Of a DNA stretch of 64,000 nt, positions 9,288 to 18,611 are shown one piece after another (positions within the stretch are counted from its first letter, which is position 1; each line of letters starts with the position of its first letter). A program made the translations under genes and the position numbers. Below the pieces are notes generated by a model. It did no database searches. It saw only the letters and a program-made list of their open reading frames with translations, and was not told the origin of the DNA. The stretch covers positions 5,964-69,963 of the forward strand of contig JAXHUH010000257.1 of assembly GCA_034211175.1 (NCBI GenBank), read 5' to 3'. The stretch is from Actinomycetota bacterium (GTDB lineage: Bacteria; Actinomycetota; Acidimicrobiia; Acidimicrobiales; CAIXPF01).

Positions 9288-11230
9288 GCACGGTCGACGG
9301 CCGCCCGGTCGGCGCCCCGGACGCGACCGCGACCGGTGGCGCGGCGCTCGTCGCCCGGGGGATCGGGGTGTCCGCCAGCGGCGTCGAGCTGGTCCGCGGG
9401 GTCGACCTCGAGCTCGGGACCGGCGAGCGGGTCGGGCTGATCGGCGAGTCGGGGTGCGGGAAGTCGCTCACCGCCCTGACCTTGATGGGCCTGCTCCCCG
9501 AGGGGCTCGACGCTCACGGCTCGGTGCGCCTGGCCGGTGTCGACGACGAGCTCGTCGGCGCGCCCGAGCGCCTGCTGTCCCGCCTGCGGGGCCGCGACCT
9601 GGCCATGGTGTTCCAGGAGCCGATGACGGCGCTGAACCCGTCGATGACGGCCGGCGCCCAGGTGGCCGAGGCGATCACGATCCACGGCGACAAGGCCCGG
9701 CGGCGCACGGCCGACGAACGGGCTGTCGAGCTGTTGGACCGGGTCCGGCTCGACGACCCGGCCGGCGCCGCGGCGGCCTACTCCCATCAGCTGTCGGGCG
9801 GGCAGCGCCAGCGGGTCGTGCTGGCGATGGCACTGGCCAACGACCCGGCCGTGCTGCTGTGCGACGAACCGACCACCGCGCTCGACGTGACGGTGCAGCG
9901 CCAGATGCTCGACCTGATCGCCGAGTCGGTGGCCGCCAGCTCGATGGCGTTGCTGTTCATCACCCACGACCTGGCGGTGGTGGCGTCGATCTGCGAGCGG
10001 GTCGTCGTGATGTACGGCGGGCGCATCGTCGAGCAGGGCCCGGTCGGCGACGTGTTCGGCCGGCCCCGTCACCCGTACACGGCCGGCCTGCTCGGTGCGT
10101 CGGACCTGGAGGCGACCGACGCCGCCGGCCGGCTCCCGACGATCGCCGGGTCGGTGCCGGCGGCGGGCCTGTTCCCGTCGGGTTGTGTGTTCCGCGACCG
10201 GTGCCCCCGGGCGCAGCCGGACTGCGAGACCGAGCCGACGTGGTCGTCGGACCACGGCACCGGCGGCGGCTTCGCCTGCCACCACCCCGTGCCCGTCGAT
10301 GTCCCTGGGAGCGCCATCGGGACGGTGACGGGGTCGGCGCCGGACGCCGGGCCGGGTGGCGCCGCCGGGTCGGCAACCGCACCGGGGACCGGGCGCCCGG
10401 AGCCCGGCCCCGGTTCGGCGAGCGACGACGCCGGCGCCGAGCCGCTGATCGTGGTCGACGGGCTGCGGCGCAGCTACCGGCGGCCCCGGCGCTCGCTGTT
10501 CGGGCCCCGCCCGACGGTCGACGCGCTGAAGGGGGTGTCGTTCGAGGTCGGCGCCGGGCAGCGCTTCGGGGTGGTCGGCGAGTCGGGCTCGGGGAAGTCG
10601 ACGCTGGTGCGGCTCCTGGCGGCCCTCGACCAACCGACCGGCGGCTCGATCCGCGTCGAGGGCCGCGAGATCGGTGGCGTGCGTGAACGCGACCTGCGGT
10701 GGCTGCGACGGGACCTGCAGATCGTGTTCCAGGACCCGATGGGCTCGCTCGACCCCCGGATGCGGGTGCGTGACATCGTCTGCGAGCCCCTCCACGCCCA
10801 GGGTGCGGCCGATGCCGGTGATCGGCTCGACGAGATGCTCGGTGCGGTCGGCCTGTCGACCGCGATCGCCCACCGGTTCCCCCACCAGTTCTCCGGCGGG
10901 CAGCGACAGCGGATCTCGCTCGCCCGGGCGCTCGTGACCCGGCCCCGGATCCTGCTGGCCGACGAGCCGGTCAGCGCGCTCGACGTGTCGGTCCGGGCCC
11001 AGATCCTCAACCTGTTGGCCGACCTGGCGGACCAGTACTCGCTCACCGTCGTGTTCGTGTCCCACGACCTGGCGGTGGTGCGCCACGTGTGCGACACGGT
11101 CGCGGTGATGCGGGGCGGCGAGATCGTCGAGCTCGGCCCGACCGAGCAGGTGTACACCGACCCCTCCCACGACTACACGCGGGCGCTGCTGGCCGCGTCG
11201 CCGTCGCTGCGGGGCGCGCTCACCGGCTGA
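9284..11230 (+). CDS. ABC transporter ATP-binding protein with two fused NBDs (DppD/F-like)
   Basis: Two Walker A motifs (GESGCGKS, GESGSGKS), LSGGQ and FSGGQ signatures, Cys-rich C-terminal subdomain after the first NBD. Confidence 0.95.
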   Translation: MSTVDGRPVGAPDATATGGAALVARGIGVSASGVELVRGVDLELGTGERVGLIGESGCGKSLTALTLMGLLPEGLDAHGSVRLAGVDDELVGAPERLLSRLRGRDLAMVFQEPMTALNPSMTAGAQVAEAITIHGDKARRRTADERAVELLDRVRLDDPAGAAAAYSHQLSGGQRQRVVLAMALANDPAVLLCDEPTTALDVTVQRQMLDLIAESVAASSMALLFITHDLAVVASICERVVVMYGGRIVEQGPVGDVFGRPRHPYTAGLLGASDLEATDAAGRLPTIAGSVPAAGLFPSGCVFRDRCPRAQPDCETEPTWSSDHGTGGGFACHHPVPVDVPGSAIGTVTGSAPDAGPGGAAGSATAPGTGRPEPGPGSASDDAGAEPLIVVDGLRRSYRRPRRSLFGPRPTVDALKGVSFEVGAGQRFGVVGESGSGKSTLVRLLAALDQPTGGSIRVEGREIGGVRERDLRWLRRDLQIVFQDPMGSLDPRMRVRDIVCEPLHAQGAADAGDRLDEMLGAVGLSTAIAHRFPHQFSGGQRQRISLARALVTRPRILLADEPVSALDVSVRAQILNLLADLADQYSLTVVFVSHDLAVVRHVCDTVAVMRGGEIVELGPTEQVYTDPSHDYTRALLAASPSLRGALTG

Positions 11231-11290
11231 CGGCGCCGCCGGGGAGAAGGCCCCCGGGGAGAGAAGACGGACCGGGGCCGAAAACGGCTC

Positions 11291-11319
11291 CGGCCCGAGG
11301 AGCTCAGCTCCTCGGGCCG
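11291..11319. terminator. Perfect 13-bp hairpin, probable terminator (followed on the minus strand by GCCG-UUUU-CGGC)
   Basis: CGGCCCGAGGAGC-TCA-GCTCCTCGGGCCG between convergent transcription units. Confidence 0.7.
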
Positions 11320-11750
11320 CAGACCAGATTCCCGCCGTAGGGTTCCGCTCGCTCTGGTCGAGATCGGCCTGGAGGCCCGCCAGCCTCCGGTGGCCGACCT
11401 CGCGATTGAGAGGTTCCCGCCGTATGTGCCGGTGGTTCCGACCGACCCCGCCAGGCCGGTCGGCCACCGTCTTTGCCCTGACCGGGATCCGCCTCCCGAT
11501 CCGAGCTCCCGCCGCGGGTATCGCCTCCGCCGGTTCCGCCACCGGCTTCGGCACCCGCAGTGGGTGTCCCCGCAATCGGGATCCGCCTCCCGATCACGCT
11601 CGGTTGTCCGCCGAGAGACGCATGGCCCGCCGTGCCATCCGTCCCTCGGCGTCCCGCCGTTTCGAGCGACTCGGTTCCGCCGTTCCTTGCCGCTCACCCA
11701 GTCCAACGACGAGGCCCGGAGCCGATAACACTCCCCGGCGGAAACTTCTT
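11291..11750 (-). ncRNA. Candidate structured ncRNA with repeated GGCGG(G)A motifs, many in hairpin loops; ends approximate
   Basis: 13 GGCGG on the minus strand and none on plus in 11330-11700; at least 6 stem-loops; G-U pairs only fit the minus strand; no credible ORF. Confidence 0.65.
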
Positions 11751-11916
11751 CGTTTGCCCTGTTCAGGGGCCACAAATTCGGTCGCGACACCGTTAGCCGG
11801 GCCCGGACGGCCGCTGCTCGGAGCGTCCGCCCGACGGCGCCAAGTGGCCGACGCCGAACGGCCGGTGCCGCGGGGTGGCCGGCGATGCCGGGTGGGCGGT
11901 GTTCAGGTGGGCGGTG

Positions 11917-12612
11917 TCAGGTGGCCGGCAGGTCCCACAGCTCGCGGCGCCAACCGGACTCGGCGAGGACGAGGCGGTTGCGTCCGCCGGGGGCGTCGAG
12001 CTCGAGGGTCTCGTACGCGGCGTCGCCCGCCCACAGCAGGGTGGGGCCGTCGGGGCTCTTGGCCATGATCGTCCGGTGGCGGGCCACGGGCGCCCGGCGG
12101 ACGGCGTCGAGGAGCACGTCGACGCGGTCGTGCTCGGAGATCGTGCCCAGCGTGATCCACGTCGGCGGCATCAGCTCGACCTCCCCCGCCTTGTGGCGGT
12201 CGAGCAGATGGCGGGGCGACACCCACTGGTGCTCGTGGATCTCGCCGCCGTCGATGGTGACGTCGTCGTGGGCGGCCTCGGGCCGGCCGACGAAGAACCA
12301 GGTGTCGAAGCGCCGGGCCGCGGCGGCCGGTGGCTGCCACTGCGAGAGGTGGACCAGGCCCGACGGTTCGACGGCGAGGCCGGCCTCCTCGTGGGTCTCG
12401 CGCACCGCGGCCCGCCGGGCGGCGAGCTCGACGTCGTCGGGGTGGTCGGGGTCGATGTCCTCGGGGTCGATGCGGCCACCGGGGAACACCCACATGCCGC
12501 CCGCGAACGCGAGCTTGGCGTTGCGTCGGAGCATCAGCGTCTCCAGGCCGTCGCCTCCGTCCCGGACGAGGACGACGGTGGCCGCGGGTGTGGCATCGGT
12601 CATGACCGCCAT
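11917..12612 (-). CDS. NUDIX hydrolase
   Basis: WVFPGGRID...AARRAAVRETHEEAG Nudix box; RFDTWFF motif. Confidence 0.93.
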   Translation of the reverse strand: MAVMTDATPAATVVLVRDGGDGLETLMLRRNAKLAFAGGMWVFPGGRIDPEDIDPDHPDDVELAARRAAVRETHEEAGLAVEPSGLVHLSQWQPPAAAARRFDTWFFVGRPEAAHDDVTIDGGEIHEHQWVSPRHLLDRHKAGEVELMPPTWITLGTISEHDRVDVLLDAVRRAPVARHRTIMAKSPDGPTLLWAGDAAYETLELDAPGGRNRLVLAESGWRRELWDLPAT

Positions 12613-12743
12613 TCAAACCGCTGGGGCCCGGCGCGACCCAGCCCCGGCGTCGCAGCCCGGACGCGGACGAGCGCCGGGCCCGGGCCCGGCGCTCGTCTCG
12701 TGGTCTTCGGGTCCCGCCCGCTCGTGGGGCGGGTCGCCGTGGG

Positions 12744-13532
12744 CTACTCGGGCGCCGCCGTGGTCGACGTCACCGGGTTGCCGTCCTCGTCGAGCTCCGT
12801 GGACTCGTCGCTCTCGATGTCGCTCAGGTCCTCGTCCGAGCCTCCGGCGGCCAGGGCGCCGGCGAGCGACGAGAGCTCCTCCTGGGACAGCTCGCCCGAT
12901 CCGCGGAACACGACGGTGCCGTTGCCGTCGACGGCGACGAAGTACGGGAAGCCGCTGAGGCCGTAGGCGCGGGCGACCAGCCCGGCGCTGCCGTCACCCT
13001 CGTTCTGGTCGACCATCGTCGGGACCGTCCAGCCCTCGCCCTCGAGCCACTCCGACGGCGGGTAGTTGCCGCTCACCCTGCCGACCGCGGTGGACACGGC
13101 CACCATCTCGACACCGTCGGGCAGGTTGCCGTCGTCGAGCCAGTCCTGGATCACCGGGACCTCGTCCTGGCAGTGCGGGCACCAGTGGGCCAGGAACACC
13201 ATCATCTTCGGGGTGCCGTCGCCCGGGGTGATGGTCATCGACTCGCCCTCGAAGTTCTGGCCGCGCACCGGCGGGGCGGTCAGACCCTGTGTCACGGCGA
13301 CATCCTCGCCGCCGTTGCCCGGGTGGGGAGGCAGCACGTCGCCGTCGACCGCCACCGAGGCGATCTGGCCGGGCTCGCCCGGCGCCTCGGCGTACTCGGG
13401 CGGTGCGCTGCTGTCACCACCGGTCACGGCGATCACCGTCGCCATGATCGCCGCGGCGGCCACCACGGCCACCACACCGATCAGGACCCACGGGGGGCCG
13501 GAGGACGTCGAGCTGGGTGTGCGGGTGCTCAT
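12744..13532 (-). CDS. Membrane-anchored TlpA/thioredoxin-like disulfide oxidoreductase
   Basis: N-terminal TM, FLAHWCPHC active site, GFPY cis-Pro loop. Confidence 0.9.
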   Translation of the reverse strand: MSTRTPSSTSSGPPWVLIGVVAVVAAAAIMATVIAVTGGDSSAPPEYAEAPGEPGQIASVAVDGDVLPPHPGNGGEDVAVTQGLTAPPVRGQNFEGESMTITPGDGTPKMMVFLAHWCPHCQDEVPVIQDWLDDGNLPDGVEMVAVSTAVGRVSGNYPPSEWLEGEGWTVPTMVDQNEGDGSAGLVARAYGLSGFPYFVAVDGNGTVVFRGSGELSQEELSSLAGALAAGGSDEDLSDIESDESTELDEDGNPVTSTTAAPE

Positions 13533-14104
13533 GCTGGGGTTCCCTCGAGGACGGCGTCGGTGGTCGGGACGGGCTGCTCGCCACGCCGGGCGACGAGCAG
13601 CAGGGCGGCGATGGCGACGAAGCCGCAGCCGGCCATGAACGGGATGGACACGAACCCGAACTCGTCCACGTAGCGGAGGTTGCACGGGACGTCGGGATCA
13701 CACGATCCGCCGGAGTCCGGGTACACCTGGATCCAGTAGTGGCGGATCGAGATGGCCAGGCCACCCAGCGCCGCGGGGATCCCGATGAACTTGATCCACG
13801 TGGCCCGGAAGACGGCGGCGACCGTGAGGACCACCGCGAGCGGGTACATCACGTAGCGCTGGAGCCAGCAGTAGTGGCACGGCTCGAACCCGGCGACCTC
13901 AGACATGTACAGGCTGCCGAGCATCGACGTGACCGCCACGAGCGCGGCCAGCGCCAGCGCGTAGGGGCGGACCTCGGCGAGCACCGCGTCGGCGGCGCCG
14001 AGCCCCAGCTTCGAGGCGACGAGCGCGAGCAGCGTGACCGCCGCGCCGGCCAGGGCGATGAGCGCCAGCATCGAGAAGAAGAGTGTGGCCGTGTCGGTAG
14101 CCAT
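13529..14104 (-). CDS. dsbB: Disulfide bond formation protein B (DsbB/BdbC family)
   Basis: EPCHYCWLQRYVMYPL, second Cys pair SC...PC, FVSIPFMA; multiple TMs. Confidence 0.9.
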   Translation of the reverse strand: MATDTATLFFSMLALIALAGAAVTLLALVASKLGLGAADAVLAEVRPYALALAALVAVTSMLGSLYMSEVAGFEPCHYCWLQRYVMYPLAVVLTVAAVFRATWIKFIGIPAALGGLAISIRHYWIQVYPDSGGSCDPDVPCNLRYVDEFGFVSIPFMAGCGFVAIAALLLVARRGEQPVPTTDAVLEGTPA

Positions 14105-14337
14105 GGCGTTGGTTCGTCGGAGCTCCGGTGAGGGGCCGCCCGGGGCGATCGTGCCGCATCCGCGACGCCTCTCGACGTCGTGGCGACCGGCGGTGCCGAT
14201 CTCCCGGAGGATCGTATGGCGACGCACGACGCTATCTCCCGCGCGTCCGGCCCCGATCCATCGGCGGTGGCGGACGAATTGTTACCGTTTCGTGTCACTG
14301 CGCCGGTCGAGCCGTCGAACGGCCCGGGATCGGCGAC

Positions 14338-14919
14338 TCAGCGCTTCACGGCGCGCACCAGGTGGTCGAGGGCGACGTGGGCGTCGACCTGTCGTTCGAG
14401 CACCTCGGCCCGCTCGACGGTGACCGCCTCGCCGAGCTGGTCGACGATCTCCGGCGGGGTGGTCAGGATCGCCGGGTCCTGGGGCCCGCCGTGGCCGTCG
14501 GCGATGTTCGAGCGGTCGTGGCCGATGATCACCAACGTGCCGCCTGGCCGCAGCGCCGCCACCGACGTGGCCAGGACCTGCGCCCACTGCTCGGCGGGTA
14601 GGTGGAGGTAGCACACGAGCACCAGGTCGAACGGCGCCGGCGGCTCGTAGGTGAGCACGTCGGCGCACACCCAGTCGACCTCGACCCCGCGCTCGGCGCC
14701 GAGCCGCTCGGCCTTGGCGATCCCGGCCTTCGAGAAGTCGACGGCGACGACCGACCAGCCCTGCTCGGCCAGCCAGATGGCGTTGCGCCCCTCACCGGCG
14801 GCGACGTCGAGCGCGCGGCCCGGGGAGAGGTCGGCGAGCTCGGCGACGACGAACCGGTTCGGCTCGACCGACCACACCTGCCCGCCCTCGTAGCGTGCGT
14901 CCCACGCGGCGGCATCCAC
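14338..14919 (-). CDS. Class I SAM-dependent methyltransferase (TehB/TPMT-like)
   Basis: WDARY...RALDVAAGEGRNAIWLA; LRPGG motif. Confidence 0.92.
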   Translation of the reverse strand: MDAAAWDARYEGGQVWSVEPNRFVVAELADLSPGRALDVAAGEGRNAIWLAEQGWSVVAVDFSKAGIAKAERLGAERGVEVDWVCADVLTYEPPAPFDLVLVCYLHLPAEQWAQVLATSVAALRPGGTLVIIGHDRSNIADGHGGPQDPAILTTPPEIVDQLGEAVTVERAEVLERQVDAHVALDHLVRAVKR

Positions 14920-14984
14920 GCCCCGAGATCCTACGCGCCGACACCGCACCGGGCCCCGACCACGGCGACTGGTACGTTCCGCCC

Positions 14985-15851
14985 ATGTCGGGACGGCACG
15001 ACGTCACACTCGGGCATCTCGTCGCCGGCGTGGTCGGCCTGGCGATGATGCGTCACTGGTACGTCGACGGCGCCGAGAACGAGGCGCGGTTCGCCGAGCT
15101 GCGGGACGTCCTCGGCCGCCTCGACGAGGTCCCGTTCTCGATCGCCCTCAACCCGTCCCACCGCGACCTCGATGCCGGCTATGCGGAATGGGCAGCGAGC
15201 TACGACGGCGCGAACCCGATGGTCGCTGCGGAGGAAGCCGTCGTCCTGCCGCTGCTGGATCGTCTGGCCGGGCCCGATGTCGCGGCGTTGGACGCGGCCT
15301 GCGGCACCGGCCGTCACGCCGCGCTCCTCTCCGAGCGCGGCTGCGTCGTGCACGGGATCGACCGCTCCGAGGCCATGTTGTCGCTCGCCCGGGCGAAGGT
15401 CCCGGCCGCGTCGTTCGGCCGCGGTGACGTCTGCCATCTCCCGTTCGCCTCGGCCGGCTTCGACCTCGCCGTCGTGTCCCTCGCGCTGTGCCACCTGGCC
15501 GACCCGACCGACGCGCTCGTCGAGCTCCGGCGCGTGCTGCGCGACGACGGCACGCTCGTGATCGCCGATCCGCACCCCTCCAGCCTCGTCGTCGGCGGGC
15601 AGGCGTTCTACGGGATCGACGAGGCCGGCGGAGGGCGCCGGCTGTCATGGGTGCGGAACCACTACCACACCGCCTCGACCTGGTTGCGTGCGTTCCGGGC
15701 CGCGGGCCTGCGCGTCGAGGACTGCCTCGAGCCCTCCTACTCGGAGGGCCAGATGGCGGCGAGCCCGGCGGCGCGGTTCTACCCCGAGGCGGTCCGCGCG
15801 GCGATGGAGGGCCTCGCCGGCCTGTGGGTGTGGGTGGTCCGGCCGGGCTGA
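14985..15851 (+). CDS. Class I SAM-dependent methyltransferase
   Basis: LDAACGTGRH, LPFASAGFDL and RRVLR..G motifs. Confidence 0.9.
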   Translation: MSGRHDVTLGHLVAGVVGLAMMRHWYVDGAENEARFAELRDVLGRLDEVPFSIALNPSHRDLDAGYAEWAASYDGANPMVAAEEAVVLPLLDRLAGPDVAALDAACGTGRHAALLSERGCVVHGIDRSEAMLSLARAKVPAASFGRGDVCHLPFASAGFDLAVVSLALCHLADPTDALVELRRVLRDDGTLVIADPHPSSLVVGGQAFYGIDEAGGGRRLSWVRNHYHTASTWLRAFRAAGLRVEDCLEPSYSEGQMAASPAARFYPEAVRAAMEGLAGLWVWVVRPG

Positions 15852-15918
15852 GCCGGCAGCTGGCGTGGCGGTCGCAGCCGCGCCGGCGGAACCCGCGGCC
15901 GGCGGACCCGCGGCCGTG

Positions 15919-15948
15919 GGCTCACCAGTCGTCGGCTCACCAGTCGTC
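15919..15948. repeat. 15-bp tandem duplication GGCTCACCAGTCGTC x2 spanning a stop codon
   Basis: Exact adjacent copies at 15919-15933 and 15934-15948. Confidence 0.85.
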
Positions 15949-16764
15949 GATCGGGGTGTGGCCCGACATCCACGTCAGCTCGGTGTCCTCGAGGAACCGC
16001 GTCGGCCACACCTCGAGGAGGTGCTCGGTGTCGATGCCGTAGTGGTCGAACACCCGGCGGCACAGCTCGCCGCTGCGCTCGGTCGACGGCTCGGCGAGGA
16101 GCGCGTCGATCCGTTGCATCAGGTCGGCGGGGCGGTCCGTTGCCGAGGCGGTGACCCGGAGCATCCACTTGTGGAACGGGTACAGCGCCTCGTTGGCCGC
16201 GAGCACGATCCGGCACGTGAACAGGACCACCTTCTGCACGGCCAGCGTGATGACGTAGGCGTCGTCGCGGCGGGCGCCCTCGCGGTGGTACCAGGACCAG
16301 GCCACCGCCTGGGCGGCGAACCGATCGATGCGCTCGTCCTTCTGCTCGATCGGGTACCGGGCGATCGAGGCGAGGACCGCGTCCAGGTCCGGGACCTCCG
16401 ACAGCAGGACCCGGGCGCCCTGGTAGGCGAAGCGGGCGGGGTCGCTGCCCTCGGCGGCCACTCGGCGGAGGAAGTCGAGGTCGACGTACTTGCCGTCGAG
16501 GTACCCACCCTCGTAGGTGCAGATCGAGAAGTCGGTCAGGTGGAGCACGCCGTCGCGTCGCCGGCGCTCGTACTCCTCGGTGTCGACGACGATCGTGACG
16601 TCGATGTCGGAGCTCGGCGACGCGAAGCCGTGCGCGATGGACCCGCCGAGCACGAGCGCACGGCACGTCGGATCGTCCTCGAAGGCCCGGGTGGCGTTGG
16701 CGATCGACTCGGCGTGGTGCGGCGCGAGCGCCAGGCCGTCGAGCGGCGACGCGGCGGATGTCAT
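15937..16764 (-). CDS. Nucleotidyltransferase (Pol-beta superfamily) domain protein
   Basis: GGSIAHG...SDIDV (hGS-x9-DxD) plus a third Asp (YLDGK). Confidence 0.85.
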   Translation of the reverse strand: MTSAASPLDGLALAPHHAESIANATRAFEDDPTCRALVLGGSIAHGFASPSSDIDVTIVVDTEEYERRRRDGVLHLTDFSICTYEGGYLDGKYVDLDFLRRVAAEGSDPARFAYQGARVLLSEVPDLDAVLASIARYPIEQKDERIDRFAAQAVAWSWYHREGARRDDAYVITLAVQKVVLFTCRIVLAANEALYPFHKWMLRVTASATDRPADLMQRIDALLAEPSTERSGELCRRVFDHYGIDTEHLLEVWPTRFLEDTELTWMSGHTPIDDW

Positions 16765-16846
16765 GCGTGGCTCCGTTGGTGTGGGTCGTTCGGGAGTGCC
16801 ACGCCCCCGGCGGGGAACCTACTCGCGCCCCCCCCCGACGCCGCGC

Positions 16847-18559
16847 TCAGGTGCGGGCGGCGTTCACCAGCTCGATCACCGAGGTGGCGGCGTCGGCCAG
16901 CGGGGTGTCGACCTTCTCGCCCGTCGCCCGGGTGACGACCTCGACGGTGCCGTTGGCCAGGCCCCGGCGCCCGACGACGATCCGGAACGGGAGCCCGACC
17001 AGCTCGGCGTCGGTCAGCTTCACCCCGGCGCGCCCGTCGCGGTCGTCGAGGACGGCGTCGACACCGGCGGCGCGCAGCTCGTCGTAGATCGACTCGGCCG
17101 CACCGGCGGCCTCCTCGGACTTCGGGTCGAGCAGCGTGACCACGGCCTCGTACGGCGCGATCGACACCGGCCAGATCAGGCCCCGGTCGTCGTGGCTCGA
17201 CTCGGCCACCGCGGCCATCGCCCGGCCGATCCCGATGCCGTAGCTGCCCATGATCAGGGTCCGCTTCTTCGAGTCGGCGTCGAGGACGGTCGCCCCCATG
17301 GCCTCCGAGTAGCGGGTGCCGAGCTTGAAGATGTGGCCGGCCTCGATGCACACCAGCAGCTGGAGCGGCTCGCCGCAGCGGGCGCACGGCTCGCCGTCGG
17401 TCACGCCCCGCAGGTCGGCCCACTGGGTGACGGTGGTGTCGCGCTCGATGTCGACGCCCCGCCAGTGCCAGCCGTCCTCGTTGGCCCCGGTCGTCATGTT
17501 GGTCCGGCCCTTCAGGGCGGTGTCCATCACGATCTTCAGGTCGGTCACGCCGACCGGGCCGAGGCTGCCGGGGCTGGCGCCGAGCGCGGCGACGACCTCC
17601 TCCGGCTGGGCGGGCCGCACCTGGTTGGCGCCGATGGCGTCGGCCAGCTTCTGGTCGACGAGCTGGTGGTCGCCCCGGACCGCGGCCAGGACGATCTCGC
17701 CGTCGGCCACCATCACCAGGGTCTTGATCTGGCGGTTCGCCGGGGCGCCGCCCTCGAACGCCTCGAGCGCCGCGATGGTGACGACACCCGGGGTCGGGAA
17801 CCGCTCGGGCTCGGCGGGCGGCGGGTCGTCGGTGACCTCGGCGATGGCCGAGGTGGCCCGCTCGACGTTGGCCGCGTACCCGCACGACGGGCACCGCACG
17901 ACGTCGTCCTCGCCGGCGGGTGAGGCGACCATGAACTCGACGCTGCCGCTGCCGCCCATCGCGCCCGACGACGCCTCCACGCCGAACGCGTCGAGCCCGA
18001 GGCGGCGGAAGATCTCCTGGTAGGCGCCGCGGTGGAGCTCGAACGCGTGGTCGAGGCCGTCCTGGTCGAGGTCGAAGCTGTAGGAGTCCTTCATCGCGAA
18101 CTCCCGGACCCGCAGCAGGCCGCCGCGGGGGCGGGGCTCGTCGCGGAACTTCGTCTGGATCTGGTACCAGATCTGGGGCACGTCCCGGTGCGAGCTCAGC
18201 TCGGTGGAGACGAGCGCGAACACCTCCTCGTGGGTCATGCCGAGGACCATGTCGGCGTCGCGGCGGTCCTTGAGCCGGAACATCTCGTCACCGATGGCGT
18301 CCCACCGCCCGGACCGCTGCCACACCGACGCCGGGTGCATGGCCGGGGCGAGGATCTCCTGGCCGCCGATGCGGTTCATCTCCTCCCGGACGATCGCCTC
18401 CACCTTCTGGTGGACCCGCAGGCCGAGCGGCAGGAGCGTGTAGTGCCCGGCGTGGAGCTGGCGGATGAACCCGGCCCGCACCAGCAGCGCGTGGCTCGCG
18501 GCCTCCGCGTCCGACGGCGCGTCTCGGAGGGTGGGGATGAACAGGCTGGACCAACGCAC
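16847..18559 (-). CDS. proS: Proline--tRNA ligase (bacterial type with editing insertion)
   Basis: KFRDEPRPRGGLLRVREF, HIFKLGTRYS and MGSYGIGIGR motifs. Confidence 0.98.
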   Translation of the reverse strand: MRWSSLFIPTLRDAPSDAEAASHALLVRAGFIRQLHAGHYTLLPLGLRVHQKVEAIVREEMNRIGGQEILAPAMHPASVWQRSGRWDAIGDEMFRLKDRRDADMVLGMTHEEVFALVSTELSSHRDVPQIWYQIQTKFRDEPRPRGGLLRVREFAMKDSYSFDLDQDGLDHAFELHRGAYQEIFRRLGLDAFGVEASSGAMGGSGSVEFMVASPAGEDDVVRCPSCGYAANVERATSAIAEVTDDPPPAEPERFPTPGVVTIAALEAFEGGAPANRQIKTLVMVADGEIVLAAVRGDHQLVDQKLADAIGANQVRPAQPEEVVAALGASPGSLGPVGVTDLKIVMDTALKGRTNMTTGANEDGWHWRGVDIERDTTVTQWADLRGVTDGEPCARCGEPLQLLVCIEAGHIFKLGTRYSEAMGATVLDADSKKRTLIMGSYGIGIGRAMAAVAESSHDDRGLIWPVSIAPYEAVVTLLDPKSEEAAGAAESIYDELRAAGVDAVLDDRDGRAGVKLTDAELVGLPFRIVVGRRGLANGTVEVVTRATGEKVDTPLADAATSVIELVNAART

Positions 18560-18611
18560 GGCCCGGAGGCTACAGGCCCCCACCACCCCCACCCCGATCA
18601 CCACCGTCCCA

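Noticed and set aside
11470-11765. CAGGGCAAA twice on the minus strand, resembling the start of a c-di-GMP-I riboswitch
   Set aside because: The GAAA tetraloop stem and the GGGACGCAAAG segment are absent, and there is no downstream same-strand gene to regulate
11173-12068. ORFs of 97-220 aa overlapping the GGCGG element (e.g. 11173-11790 minus, 11390-11728 plus)
   Set aside because: Arg/Pro/Gly-rich translations with no GC3 bias, RBS or recognisable motif; the repeats are not kept in frame
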